From: Perna viridis
Lineage: Eukaryota
Direction: 5' to 3'
Assembly: GCA_037379345.1 (NCBI GenBank)
Contig: CM074512.1
Span: 9,982,001 to 10,046,000 of the forward strand
DNA: 64,000 nt
Part shown: piece by piece, positions 1-12,281 of the stretch
Layout: every line of letters begins with the position of its first letter
Numbering within the stretch: the stretch's first letter is position 1
The notes under the pieces: generated by a model
What the model was told of the DNA's origin: nothing
The model's input: the letters and a program-made list of their open reading frames with translations, nothing else
Database searches by the model: none
Made by a program: the position numbers and the translations under genes

Positions 1-59
1 AATAAATGCATGATTCAAGTAAGAAGTAAAATTTCAAAACAATCTACTTTTATAATGAT

Positions 60-610
60 AAAATTTACTCTGTGTCTACAAATTATATCTAATTATAAGG
101 CTGCACGTGATGTAGCTGTAAAGTTAACAAGTCTGAATATTCTTCTAGATGAGACGGGTTGGGAGACTCAAAAAGATAGACGAACAAATCACAAGCTTAT
201 ATTATTTCATCTGATGGTCAACAATACTGCTCCGGCATATCTCTACTTTGGTTCCTACATATTTGGCAATACTCATACATATCGTGCTCGGAATGCCAGC
301 AATTCAGTTAACATACCTTCAAAGACTAGCTACTATCACAACAGCTTCCTGCCTTCGTTCAATAGATTGTGGAATTAGATTATGTAATGAACTTAAAAGC
401 ATGTGACTTCAATACTTTGTATATCTGTAATAGTGCTTGGTCATCACCTATTTGTTTCATACATAATTGTCTATACCATTTCTAATTATCTTTTTCTTGG
501 GAGAGGAGTTTGTAAAAGTGTTCGACACTTATTCTCCAATCCCAAAATTGCTTATATTCACTTGCTATTGATATGTAATATTACTGAATAAAATACTGTT
601 TACACAAATA
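60..610 (+). mobile_element. 3' remnant of a CR1/L2-group LINE (post-RT C-terminus and 3' UTR)
   Basis: ORF 10-378 contains GWETQKDRR..HKLILFHLMVNNTAPAYL..HTY..RN..YYHNSFLPS, typical of CR1-group ORF2 ends; tail AATAAAATACTGTTT near 587 resembles the tails at ~36185 and ~53243. Confidence 0.65.
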
Positions 611-699
611 ATAAAATGTAGAGAAAATTATGAAGCCGATAGGAATTATCATAAAAAAACGAAATTAAAAAATAGCTTTTGATAAAAAATGTAAAACTC

Positions 700-925
700 A
701 TTAAAATATTATAATAAATGAAAATACTGATACTAGATCAAAATTATATACAATAAAAAATATCCATATCTTGACCTTATAATATTCAATAAATCTGAAA
801 TGGTGCTAAAATATCACAGATGTGTTTTCCTGCGTTTGAACATGAAGTTCAATGTTTTTGCTAGTAAAACCTGGACATCATCTGTCTTCATAATATAATC
901 AAATTTATCATCTGAGTTAATGTTA
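700..925 (-). mobile_element. 3' end of an older RTE-X-like LINE, split off by the Kolobok-like insertion
   Basis: Joined across the TTAA to the flank at 10605 it reads ...QCSFDNSFNNINSDDKFDYIMKTDDVQVLLAKTLNFMFKRRKTHL*, a plausible LINE ORF2 C-terminus. The left boundary is approximate. Confidence 0.65.
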
Positions 926-2276
926 TTAAAGCTGCATTAGCTGCCAAATTTGTTCAGTTTTTATTCTAATTTTGCTGATAAAATGAAATAAGATTGTGGT
1001 AACGCAATTGAAGAAATAGCTTCCGATAATACCTACAGAATATTGTGAAAACGTTTTTTTAATCAAAGATCGATAGCTCAGATCTAATTATTTTTCGCCA
1101 TTACTTCCGAAGATTGCCGACAGGACATTAACCTGGGTTAAAAATACTTTAACCTAGGTAAAAAAAAATTACAATAACGGATACACAGGTAAGCACGTGT
1201 CTTGTTTACATTTCATTCCATTTATTTCTTGATTAGTTTTCAAATAAATAATGACAGTTACTGACCATATTTGTGCCACATTATATCGCAATTCGTAAAT
1301 TTCAAAAGGATCCTTCGATTATATTAACTTTTGTTCTTTTACGGCTTGAGTCCGACTGTCTTCCTTGTCATTGATTAACCACTTTCGCTTTACAATCAAA
1401 TTTGTTTTTAAAAAAGCGACTCTTACAACACAAGCGTGGATTAAGGTCACCAGAAGTCACATGCATACGAATTTATCTAGGTCGATTTGTATCAAGGAAG
1501 TCTATTTATAGACTGAACTTGACTTAGAGATCGTCGGCAACCAAATTACGTAACCAGGGTAGACATTTCAACATATAACTACCAAAACAACAATCCGCGG
1601 GTTATTCTACTTGCAAAGTTTGCATTACGATATCGCTCCGCCGCCGATCATACCCAATTTCAAACGTGATGTTTACTATACGTAGGACATGGACGTGTAA
1701 CGATATTAAGGCTATTTAATATGTGTAGAACTGCAAGATTTCAATGATTATATGATATTAACTATTTAAATTTTGACGCAGAGAGCTGGACTATTTTGTC
1801 AAATTGACCCGAATATTCACAGGGAAGAAAGCTCAATCGAGATTTACAAATTTATTTCTCTTAATCTGGCTCTTTTAATGAAGATGTCGGGAGCTTCTAA
1901 TGACGGATTTTCGGAACTGCAATGTACACTTTTTGTGTAGTAAGTATAGATTACAATGGCGAATCCAGGGGAGGGTGCATGGGGTTGGTACCCCTCCGGT
2001 CCGGTGTTTGCGCATGACAAGATGGACGACACTGTTTATCATAGCAACATAAAATATGGAATTTAATATTGTTCTTTATGCGTATGTACTTTTATTTTCG
2101 GGTGTATGGGACCTGTTTGATGCGTTTCGTCCTCCGCCCTACTTCAATTTATGGGAGTCCAGCTGATTTCATGTAATTTCAACACCTGATGGCCCTATCC
2201 ATACGTCCTAGATTTTGACATTTTAAACTTTGAATTGGACAAAATTTTGAGGGTCTCGAGGAGTACCTTGACTAAA

Positions 2277-3257
2277 ATGGCAAATCGGAAAAAGACTGAA
2301 CAGAAGGCAACTTCACAAATTCTAAACGAGACTAGGAATGTTTTATATGGAGATAATCAAGTGAATGAAAGCGGTGGTATTGAAGCAGTCCTCGGTAACT
2401 TACTTGCAGTGCTTGGCCGTATGGACACAAAATTGTCAACCATCGAAAAAAACACGAATCAGAACACTTCAACTTTAAAAGATATGAGTGATAAACTGAC
2501 GTCTCTGACTTCGAGAGTGATCACTGCCGAACATGACATCAAAGATGTAAAAGATAGAGTTTCAGAATTAGAAGCTAACACAGAAGGGACTGGGAACTTA
2601 TTTGATGAAATGAAAACAAAAACCGAGGACCTCAACAAAGCTGTCAGAGATTTAAGAGCCGATAAAATTGATCAAGAAGATGAATATCAGACGGTCAAAG
2701 AAAAACTTGATTTACTCTCGGCAGACAACAACGCCCTGAAAGAAAAACTTACGGATCTTCAATGTAGGCAAATGAAATATAACCTGATTTTCACAGGACT
2801 ACTTGAACAACCCGAAGAAGACTGTGAGGCTAAACTCCGACAATTCTTAGCACAGGAAATGAACATAACACAGCATGTTGAATTAGGGAATGTCCATCGC
2901 TTTGGCAAGAAGTCGGATACCTACAATAGCCCACCACGCCCTATTGTAGCAAGATTCATATATTGGCGAGATCTTGAAGCGGTAAAAAAGGCAGGAAAGT
3001 TTTTGAAAGGGAAACATTTCGGCGTTAATGAACAATTTCCAACCGAGATAGAAGACCGTAGGAAAAAACTGTATCCAATCATGAAGGAGGAGAAAAAGAA
3101 AAAGTATAAAGTCGTTTTAAAACGAGACAAACTATATGTTAACAACGAACTTGTTGTCCCAGCAGACTATCCTACCGGTAATCGTGTAGAGCCCCGCTAC
3201 AATAGACAAGAAAGAAAACGAACACGAGTGAGTTCTACTCCCGATAGAGAAACATAG
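2277..3257 (+). CDS. LINE ORF1 protein (coiled coil + L1-ORF1/Transposase_22-like RRM and CTD)
   Basis: ATG at 2277 (AAAATGG); heptad-rich N-half; motifs NLIFTGLLE, VHRFG, PRPIVARF, VNEQFPTEIEDRRKKL, KRDKLYVN. Confidence 0.88.
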   Translation: MANRKKTEQKATSQILNETRNVLYGDNQVNESGGIEAVLGNLLAVLGRMDTKLSTIEKNTNQNTSTLKDMSDKLTSLTSRVITAEHDIKDVKDRVSELEANTEGTGNLFDEMKTKTEDLNKAVRDLRADKIDQEDEYQTVKEKLDLLSADNNALKEKLTDLQCRQMKYNLIFTGLLEQPEEDCEAKLRQFLAQEMNITQHVELGNVHRFGKKSDTYNSPPRPIVARFIYWRDLEAVKKAGKFLKGKHFGVNEQFPTEIEDRRKKLYPIMKEEKKKKYKVVLKRDKLYVNNELVVPADYPTGNRVEPRYNRQERKRTRVSSTPDRET

Positions 3258-3267
3258 GAAGACGACC

Positions 3268-6200
3268 TTGAGAGACATAAACCTGACCGATAAATCATCT
3301 GATCGTAACGGTTTTACAAATGACAATAGTTTGAATATCTTAACATTGAATGTTTGCGGATTAATAAGAAGAAGTCAGTACCCAGAATTTACTGAACTGA
3401 TTGATAAATATGATATTTTGTGTCTTGTTGAAACTAAAACAGACGATAAAACTGTTATTGATTTAGAAAATTTTAATGTTATTATGAAAAATAGATTTAT
3501 TTTCAGAAGGGTACGTTCTGGGGGTATTATTTTGGCTTTCAAGAAAACAATTGAAAAATACATTGAATATATTGAATCTGATAGTAAATATGTATTGTGG
3601 TTTAAAATTAAGAAGGGCATTTTGAAACTAAACGATGCAATTTTATGTGGAATTATATACATACCGCCTGAAAACTCGGCATACTGTGTTGGTAGTCCAT
3701 ACAATGAAGTTGAAAATGAATATTTACGTTTCAGCAACAATTACGAATATATTTGCCTTATGGGCGACTTCAACGCAAGGGTTGCAGAAGCTAACGACTA
3801 TAATGAAATTGTTTATGACGAGTTCTCGGGCATGTTAGAAAGTCAAACTAATGGTTCAGAAATTCTGAACGAATTGAATGTACCATTAGATAGAACTAAT
3901 TGTGACAAAATAAGGAATAATTTTGGTAACTCCCTACTAGAGTTCTGTAGAAACAACTCATTATTTATAGTTAACGGTAGAGCTGGAGATGATAAAAATG
4001 TTGGAAATTTTACTTGTAAAGGAACTAGTGTTGTAGATTTTGTTGTTTGCTCTCCAGTATTTTTTAGCATTATAAATGAGTTTTCAATTTTAGATTTGAG
4101 TAAGTTATTGTCTGATGTACATAATCCTATCCATCTTGTTTTGAAATGTATTAGTAAACCAAATGAAATGGAGCAAGAAAACGTATCACTGATCAAGAAA
4201 ACTAAGAGATGGGATAATGAAAAAGCTGGCGACTTTCAAAATTATTTAAATACTCAAAATATTGATATTATTTTGCAAGAAATAGAAAATGTCAACATGA
4301 ACAATATTGACAAAAATATTATAAATGGGCTCGTTCAGAAAGTTGGTGAAATTCTGACAGATGCTGCCGAAAATACCTTTGGAACATATATTCCTTCTAA
4401 TAAGCAAAATAAAAAGAAGAAAAATGATAAACCGTGGTTCAATGCTGATTGTAAATTAGCTCGAAGGCGTTATAAACGTTCAAAACGTCAATTTAGAAGT
4501 ATGAAAACAGAGGCTTTGAAGAATCAAACAAAGCGACTAGAAAAAGAATACAAATCCACTTTGGATATTAATATAAAATTACACAGGCAGCAGTTAAAAA
4601 GGAAATTAAATAATTTGAAAACTAAAAACCCAAAGGAGTATTGGAAAATTATAAATGGTTATAAAAAGAAAAAGTCACCAGATATTCAAATAGAAAGTTT
4701 ATTTGATTTTTTCAACACCCTTAACATGAATCCACACAATGATGATTTTGATCTACCCGAGGTAGATGTTGTAAATGAACAAATTAATCATACTATTTCT
4801 TATGAAGAAATAGAACAAGCTATAAAACGCTTGAAAAATGACAAATCGTCAGGTGACGATAATATTGTAAATGAATATTTGAAATATTCATTCTCTATCA
4901 TGCCTAATGTATATGTTAGATTATTTAATATCATTTTTGATAGTGGCATTGTTCCCGATGAGTGGCTTCTTGGTAATATTATACCAATCTATAAGAACAA
5001 AGGAGACCAATTCGATCCAAAGAATTTTAGGCCTATTACTATTATAAGCTGTTTTGGAAAATTGTTTACCTCTGTCTTAAACTATAGATTGAACAAATTT
5101 TCAGAAGAAGTGAACCTGATATGTGAAAATCAGGGTGGGTTTCGACCAGGATACTCAACGATAGATAATTTATTTGTTCTGAATTCCCTTATTGATCTGA
5201 TAAGACAATATAAGAGGAAGAGATTATTTTGTTTGTTTATTGATTTTGAAAAAGCTTTCGATAAAGTTCGGCGTCTTGGTCTCTGGAATAAAATGTTACC
5301 AAACAATATAAATGGTAAAATGTATAATATTATTTTCAACATGTATAGTAGTATTAAGTCGAGAATTTTATACAATGGTAGTATGTCTGAATACTTTGAA
5401 TGTAATATTGGTGTTAGACAGGGAGAAAATTTATCTCCTTTCTTATTTGCCTTATTTTTAAATGATTTAGAACAATTCTTCGTAGAGACTGATGTTAGGG
5501 GGTTGAACAGCCTATCTGATGAGATAGGTGATCAACTCAACATATTTATCAAACTATTTTACTTTTATATGCTGATGACACAGTGTTATTAGCAGAGACA
5601 AAAGAAGATTTACAGTTTCAAATTGATAAATTTTATGAATATTGCACTCAATGGAAACTGTATGTTAATACTAATAAAACAAAAGTAGTCATTTTTTCTT
5701 CAGGTCGCATACCTAGAAATACACATTTTTCATATAACGGTAATGCGATTGAAATTGTTAAAGAATTTTCATACCTCGGTCAATTATTTTCAAGATCAGG
5801 CAGTTTAACATCAGCGAAAAAGATGAATGTTAAAAAGGCTACCATAGCTATGTATGATGTTCTTAAAAAGGGTAGACTACATAACCTGTCAATACGAGAC
5901 CAATATGACTTATTTGACAAGATAGTAAAACCTATTCTTTTATATGGTTGCGAGATATGGGACCATACTAACTTAGACATTATTGAGAGGGTTCATTTGA
6001 AATTCTGTAAGCTATTGCTTAACTTAAAGAGGAGTACGCCAAATGTTATGATATATGGTGAGCTCGGTGCTTACCCTTTAGCTGTTCAAATTAAGTCTCG
6101 TATGATGGGATATTAGTCTAGACTCGTAAATGGCAAATCCAGTAAACTTTCAAATGTACTTTATAGATATATGTATGAACTATATATTCAAAACATATTT

Positions 6201-6764
6201 GAATCTCCATGGGTTAACATGATTAAAAACACTCTAGATAATTGTGGGTTTGGGAACATTTGGCACATTCAGTTTGCGGGAGGTTTTCATTCAGAGTGGT
6301 TTACAAAATCTATTAGTCTGCGATTAAAAGACCAGTTTCAACAAACATGGAGATCCGACGTAGAAAACTCGCATAAATGCTTTTGTTATAAATTGATTAA
6401 AGAAAAATTTGAATTCGAAAACTATTTAGATATTTTACACGAAAAGGATGCTATTACTCTTTGTAGATTCAGAGTAGGCAACCATAGACTACCAAGCGAA
6501 ACAGCAACTTGGCAAAACTTTGATAACTCAAGTTTATGTACCTTATGTAATAATGGAGAACATGGAGATGAGTTCCATGTCATTTTCCAATGTCTCCATT
6601 TTTCGGACACGAGGAAGCAATTTTTAAACAAAAGATATTTAGAGCGAGTGAATGTTCTGAAATTTAAAGATCTGTTTCAGACAAAAAACAAGCATGAATT
6701 ACGAAACCTATGTAAATTTGTTAAACTCATCGAAATTGATTTTAAAAATGTTTCTCAAGGTTAG
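3268..6764 (+). pseudogene. LINE ORF2 (AP endonuclease + reverse transcriptase + C-terminal CCHC finger) with one frameshift and one nonsense codon
   Basis: APE motifs LTLNVCGL, LVETK, MGDFNAR, SVVDF, SDVHNPI; RT motifs NFRPITI, QGGFRPG, FIDFEKAFD, GVRQGENLSP; YADD restored by adding one T to the run at 5557-5560; in-frame TAG at 6114-6116 (probably TGG); CTLC..DEFHVIFQC near the end. Joins ORFs 3268-5592, 5583-6116 and 6171-6764. Confidence 0.9.
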
Positions 6765-7384
6765 TCCTCTACAATGCCACTATCTGAAATTTGTCAAAAT
6801 GTGTTAAAATGTTATTTACTTAATCTTTTTTTTCTGTTATCTTATTATAGTTTCCACAATTGTCATGCGCTGAATATTTATGTATTAACTGTATTGTCTT
6901 CTCTGTACTGTAATGGTGTTTAGAGAATAAAAGAATCTGAATCTGAATCTGAATCCTCCTTTTTATTGGAAAATTTTATGTGTGATTAATTTGATCCCAG
7001 GAATTTAACTTCTGTATATGAAATGCAAGCACTGTGTACATGTATGCTGATTAATACATGTGCATGTACATAAATAATATAAAAATGGTAAATACACATG
7101 TACATACATGAAGCAAACAAAGAAGTATTTAAAATAGAAAATAAATAGAATTGTTAAATTATTATGATTTCAAAGCAGAGATATAAACAATGTCTCTGTT
7201 TCAACGGTAAGGATGAAAGGAGGTCATGTGGCATATTCATCACATTCAGTAGGTAATCTTGAACTATCAAAAAGGGGTATCCAGTGAAATAAAGTATTGT
7301 CCTTGGGACACCAGTGGACACATGAGCCATGACATTACACATACACTTGTACATGTACATGTTCCTAAAATCCAAACTTCCACA

Positions 7385-8025
7385 CCGACCATAGACCTTT
7401 ATCGCATACCCTATATCACGCCCATAGACCTATATCGCATACCCTATATCACACCCCTACACATGTATCACATACCGTATATCACACGCCTAGACATATC
7501 TCATACTGTATATCACACCTCTAGACCTATATTGCATTCTATATCACACCCCTTGACCTATATTGCCTTCCATATCACACCCCTAGACCATTATTGCCTT
7601 CTGTAATTCACACCCCTAGACTTATATCGCACATCCCTAGACCTATATCACATACCGTTTATCATACCCCTAAACCCATTTCAAGTACCCTATATATCAC
7701 ACCCACAGACATATATTGCATACCTCATATCACATGCCTAGACTTATATCACATACTGTATAGGATCTATATCGTATTCTCTAAATCACACCATAGACCT
7801 ATATGGTATACCCTATATCACACCCCTAAACCCATTTCAAGTACCCTATGTATCACACTCACAGACATATATTGCATACCTTATATCACACACTTAGACC
7901 TATACTGCATACTGTATATCACACCCATGGACCTATATTGCATTCTCTAAATCACACCCATAGACCTACATGGCATACTTTATATCACACCCCTAGACAT
8001 GTATTGCATATCATATATCACACCT
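7385..8025. repeat. Degenerate minisatellite, ~32-bp unit (ATATCACACCCCTAGACCTATATCGCATACCCT)
   Basis: About 20 recognisable copies; explains the repetitive ORFs 7259-8063. Confidence 0.9.
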
Positions 8026-8084
8026 TGCACAGAACACCATTGAAGTATATTTTGTATAGATAAAATATAAGAAAGAATGAACAT

Positions 8085-8212
8085 GACATGCAAAAATCAG
8101 TTAGATATGCAGTATCAAGCCTCGACAGATATCATCCTGCGAGCCAGTGGCCCTTTAGTTGATACAGGAGTCTCCTGTTGATACTGCATGTGATACAGAT
8201 TTTGGCATGTAC
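8085..8212. mobile_element. Small inverted-repeat element (MITE remnant)
   Basis: CATGCAAAAATCAGTTAGATATGCAGTATCAA ... TTGATACTGCATGTGATACAGATTTTGGCATG imperfect inverted repeat. Confidence 0.5.
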
Positions 8213-10604
8213 TATTCAGTATGGAATTTATAGAAATAGTAATACAATGTACATGTGTATTAATGTAAGTCATAACTGATTATCAATATGGTTCTTTTTT
8301 AGTACATTGTCAAGATATACCATATACATTTATTAAGAATGCAGATCATAAAGTAAGAAACAAGATTTTCATGACACAAGAAAGACACAGTTGTGTAAGA
8401 AATTCTGTGGCCATGGAAGTGCATTGAAAATGTGTTGGATATCAAGGCTACCAAAAGTAGACCTTTTCTAAGAGCTGATTTTCATGGACATTCTTACATG
8501 TACAATGTACTAGGTAAGTGTCGAAGGTATACATTATTTATTCCTATACTTTGTATGTACACAGTTATTTACAATTTTCAAAACTGGTGATTGGTACACT
8601 GTTTTTATTGCTAGTGTAGAACATTGTAGTCATATTTCTTAGTAAAATTTGCAGTTAACATTTGTATGTCTGTGAACAAGAAATATACACTGAAAACTAC
8701 AAAAATACATGTGCATACACTCTAACTATGGTTATTGGCGTATGCAGTGCAGTATCAATTAAAGATTTCATACATGAAATTATGATTTTTGTGATATAGT
8801 AATACATGTATCTAATTTGTTCTCTACTTTACAGTGTGATATTAATTGCTCATAGATAAATCAACATTCAGGGATTGATCCAGAGATTTTGAAATGGGGG
8901 TCCATACATCATTATAAATTAGCAGGTAGCTAAAATCATACATGGAAAAAGCCCTAAAGCAATATCCTTAGCAAGCTTTCCATTTTCTGTATTTAGAAGG
9001 TTTTTGTCTCATAAATGAAATGACTTTTAAACTCGTCTGGTTATGAGGGGATGTTGTTTTAACAATGACAGGTGAAAAGTAACCTGCTGTACTCTTACTT
9101 ACATGTATGTTACCTGTTAATACTTATTGAAACAAAGATGTGCTTATGAAATACACTGAACATTTTTGTAAAGTTTGTTATGTTATCTCAGATAAACTTG
9201 AATTATTTTAGAAAAAGAAATGTTTATTTGTTCTTAATTAATACAGCTGATAGAGATATTAAAAGAATAAAACCTAAGAACACTGAAATATAGCAGATAT
9301 ATACTATATTAACATTTTTAATGTAGGGCAAAAACTATAAATAATGAAAGAAATATTGTTTGCATATTTTTAAAGGACCAATTTAGATCACTGTGGGAAT
9401 ATTGACCTGGTGGTTTAAAAACCAGTAAAAACCCGGTACTGTTATAACAACCCAACCTTTATTTTTGCCCGAATTTATGAATGATTTGCACGAAATTATC
9501 TCTACATGTAACAATATTTCTCAACAAGAGGATGTTTCTCCATATTATATGGTTAAAATGCATATCTATTTTCATGATTTTACATTGTAACATTTTGCAT
9601 ATATCAGACACTGTTATGATTTTTATTTTCCTTGATTTCTTTTCAGTGGTTATCACTTATAAGTTTCACTAGATGAAGTGAGAAGAAAGCAAAAGTAAAA
9701 CAGACCATTTCTGTGCTGGGACACTATTTAAGCATGAAACAAAGTTCATGATTCTCAAGTGCCGGCACATGTATGTGTAGCATGAAGCAGCTGTAAATGT
9801 ATATGTCAGCATCTCTTAATAAAAAAAACTAAAAAAAACACATGAAGCCTGATTTCTAAGCACTTATATATTTGCAAAACATAAGTTACTTGAATTGTGA
9901 TCTTATATATATTTGTGAAACAATCATGCAGAAAAAAAAATGAAAGAAATGCACATACATTATTGAAAGCAGACAGGTATAAAACACTCAGCAAATAGTG
10001 ATTCATCATAAAAAAAGTGGTACTCATGGGGTATGGGTTCACTGGTAACTTTTTTGTTCAGGAGAGAAAAAAAAGATGGATTTATACTCAAAGTCTATGT
10101 GTCAAGGTGTGGGTCCATTCTTACTTAGAAAATTCATCGAATATTGATAGTCAGTGATTCTCAGTGGAATTAATATTTTGTAAGAAATGCTGATTTAAAT
10201 ATTAGGGCATTTGAGGACATCAACGTACGTGTACAGCCAGGAATACCAAAAGCAATAATACAAAAGAAGATCAAAAATACATATTGATGAACGGACTGTA
10301 TAAATATACATTGCGTTAAAACAGATGGTGATTCTTTAAAAAGACTAAGTTTTGATCGGTTTATTTAGTTTCAATTTGGTTACATGAATATTTTGATTGC
10401 TTTGAGGTCTTCCTTGACTCAGCGCCTCAGCACTTTGATTTGTCTTGCAAGACAATAAATATATAGATGCCTATTTCATGTATTTAACAAATTTTATTTG
10501 TGGATATTAAATGAAATTATACAATTTGGTAGAAATAACTCAAAGTTAAGGCATATTTCAACAGAAACAAAAAATTACGAAAATGACAGCTAATGCAGCT
10601 TTAA

Positions 10605-11582
10605 AAGAATTATCAAAACTACATTGATAAGTAAAAAATCCCCCCCCCCCTAATATCGGAAAAAAGCTCACATTCTATTAAAAATGCTGCTCTGTCTCTA
10701 CTTGATTTCTCTCACAAAATGTACGAAGTCATTTAATGGCGTAGTTGGCTTGGTGTATCGTCCGGTTTCCACTGCCAGTGGCAATGAACCACTTCTAAAG
10801 TCAGATAAAATGCGACGGATCACGGTATTTAACAGTTTTTACATAAGAGCTTGTTTCAAGTCTGTTTTTATATCTCCAGAATGTGCTAAGCTTATTTCCA
10901 TTCTCACAAGTTCTGTCATTGAACACTTCAGTTATCCACTTTTCTTTATCAGTGTCATTAAGACTATTCCGAACAAGATTAATTTGTCGAGTCGATATTA
11001 TTGTTTGTAGCAAAATACTCCAGATTACAGTTTCTCAGCAAAGTCAATGCACGTGAATACCATGAACGACTTTTGGTTTTCTTAGCATGATGTATGACCC
11101 ATACAATTCTATCGTGTTTTATGTTTGACAATTTAAAGAACAATCTTGTAACTTCAATGTTCTGTTTCGTTTTCACGCTATTCCATCCTATATCTCCGCG
11201 TACAGCCTAATTTAAAGAGTTTTCGGAGGCACCTAAGAAGCATCGTCAGGATCTATTTTGTACTGTCTCTAGTTGTTTGTTTTCTGATAAACCCCATATA
11301 CTTGATCCATATAATAGAACCGGCTGAACAAGACTTTCATAAAGTTTCTCGAAAACATTCAAGTCCATTCTACCACAAAAATGAATTTTGTATTTATTGC
11401 CGATAGTGCCCGACTTGAAGATTTTCTTACTCCCCTAACTGTAAACTTCCAATCTAAATGTTCTTATCCACATCCCAAGATACCTATATTTTTAGTATTA
11501 TATTCAACTTGCGAACTTCCACAGTAAAAGTTGAAGTCAGATCGTCGAATTGAAGGACATCTGAAATGTACTATACTTGTAA
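10605..11582 (-). mobile_element. 5'-truncated, decayed RTE-X-like LINE (post-RT region)
   Basis: Minus-strand peptides TSIVHFRCP, LYESLVQPVLLYGSSIWG, AVRGDIGW, FRSGSLPLAVETGRY, VETEQHFLIEC with frameshifts; continues at 925 on the other side of the Kolobok-like element. Confidence 0.8.
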
Positions 11583-11604
11583 TATAGTCGATTTGTCAAT
11601 TTTA

Positions 11605-12281
11605 TATGGCAAGCCGTTGTGGAATTTATTCCCCATTTATTGATATTAATGAATATTCAATAACATGTTAATAAATATTTATCAACATGTGCATAAATGC
11701 TCTATTGATATCAATAAATAGATGAATATTAACATGTTGATAAATCATTCATCGATATCAATAAATTGAACGAATTATTAACATGTTAATAAATATTATT
11801 TCACATGTTATTAAATCTTATTCCGGATTATGCATGCTGGGCAATATCCATTAATATAAGCAATTACAAACACTTTTCTGTCCACGATTAAACCATCTTT
11901 AGTGGCACCCTCTTTATCAACACGTTAATAATTCATCTTGGAGGCCTTATGCGACTTCTGGCGCGGAGAGATTTAAGGTTAAGGTAAGGTAATAATTCAT
12001 CTATTTATTGATATCAATAAATGATTTAATAATATGTTAATAAATATTTATTAACGTGTTGGTAAATCGTACAATTTATTGATATCAATAATTAATTATT
12101 AACATGTTGATAAATCCTTTATTGATATCAATATTTATTTATTAACGTGTGAATAAATATGTTATATTCATTGATATCAATAACTGACAATTTATTGATA
12201 TCAATAATTCATTTATTGATATCAATAAATGACTTGTTGATATTAATTAATAAGTAATAAATTCCACAACGGCTTGCCATA
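11605..12281. mobile_element. Non-autonomous IS3EU-like TIR element with internal AT-rich palindromic repeats
   Basis: Perfect 26-bp TIR TATGGCAAGCCGTTGTGGAATTTATT (11605-11630 / 12256-12281); ATTTTA direct repeat at 11599-11604 and 12282-12287; interior tiled with TTATTGATATCAATAA / TTATTAACATGTTAATAA. Confidence 0.8.

Larger units (their letters stand above)
1998..6955 (+). mobile_element. Full-length two-ORF non-LTR retrotransposon (RTE-X-like LINE), near intact
   Basis: 5' UTR, ORF1, APE-RT-CCHC ORF2, AATAAA at 6926-6931 followed by a (GAATCT)n tail 6933-6955; CCTCC on both sides (1993-1997, 6955-6959) is a candidate short TSD. Confidence 0.9.
930..10600. mobile_element. Kolobok-like DNA transposon (TTAA TSD, 14-bp TIR), degenerate, carrying nested insertions
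   Basis: TTAA at 926-929 and 10601-10604; perfect TIR AGCTGCATTAGCTG (930-943) / CAGCTAATGCAGCT (10587-10600) with imperfect extension; flanks rejoin into one LINE coding sequence. RR termini plus TTAA TSD are Kolobok hallmarks. Confidence 0.8.

Noticed and set aside
7259-8063. Repetitive His/Tyr/Ile-rich ORFs
   Set aside because: They are translations of the 32-bp minisatellite.
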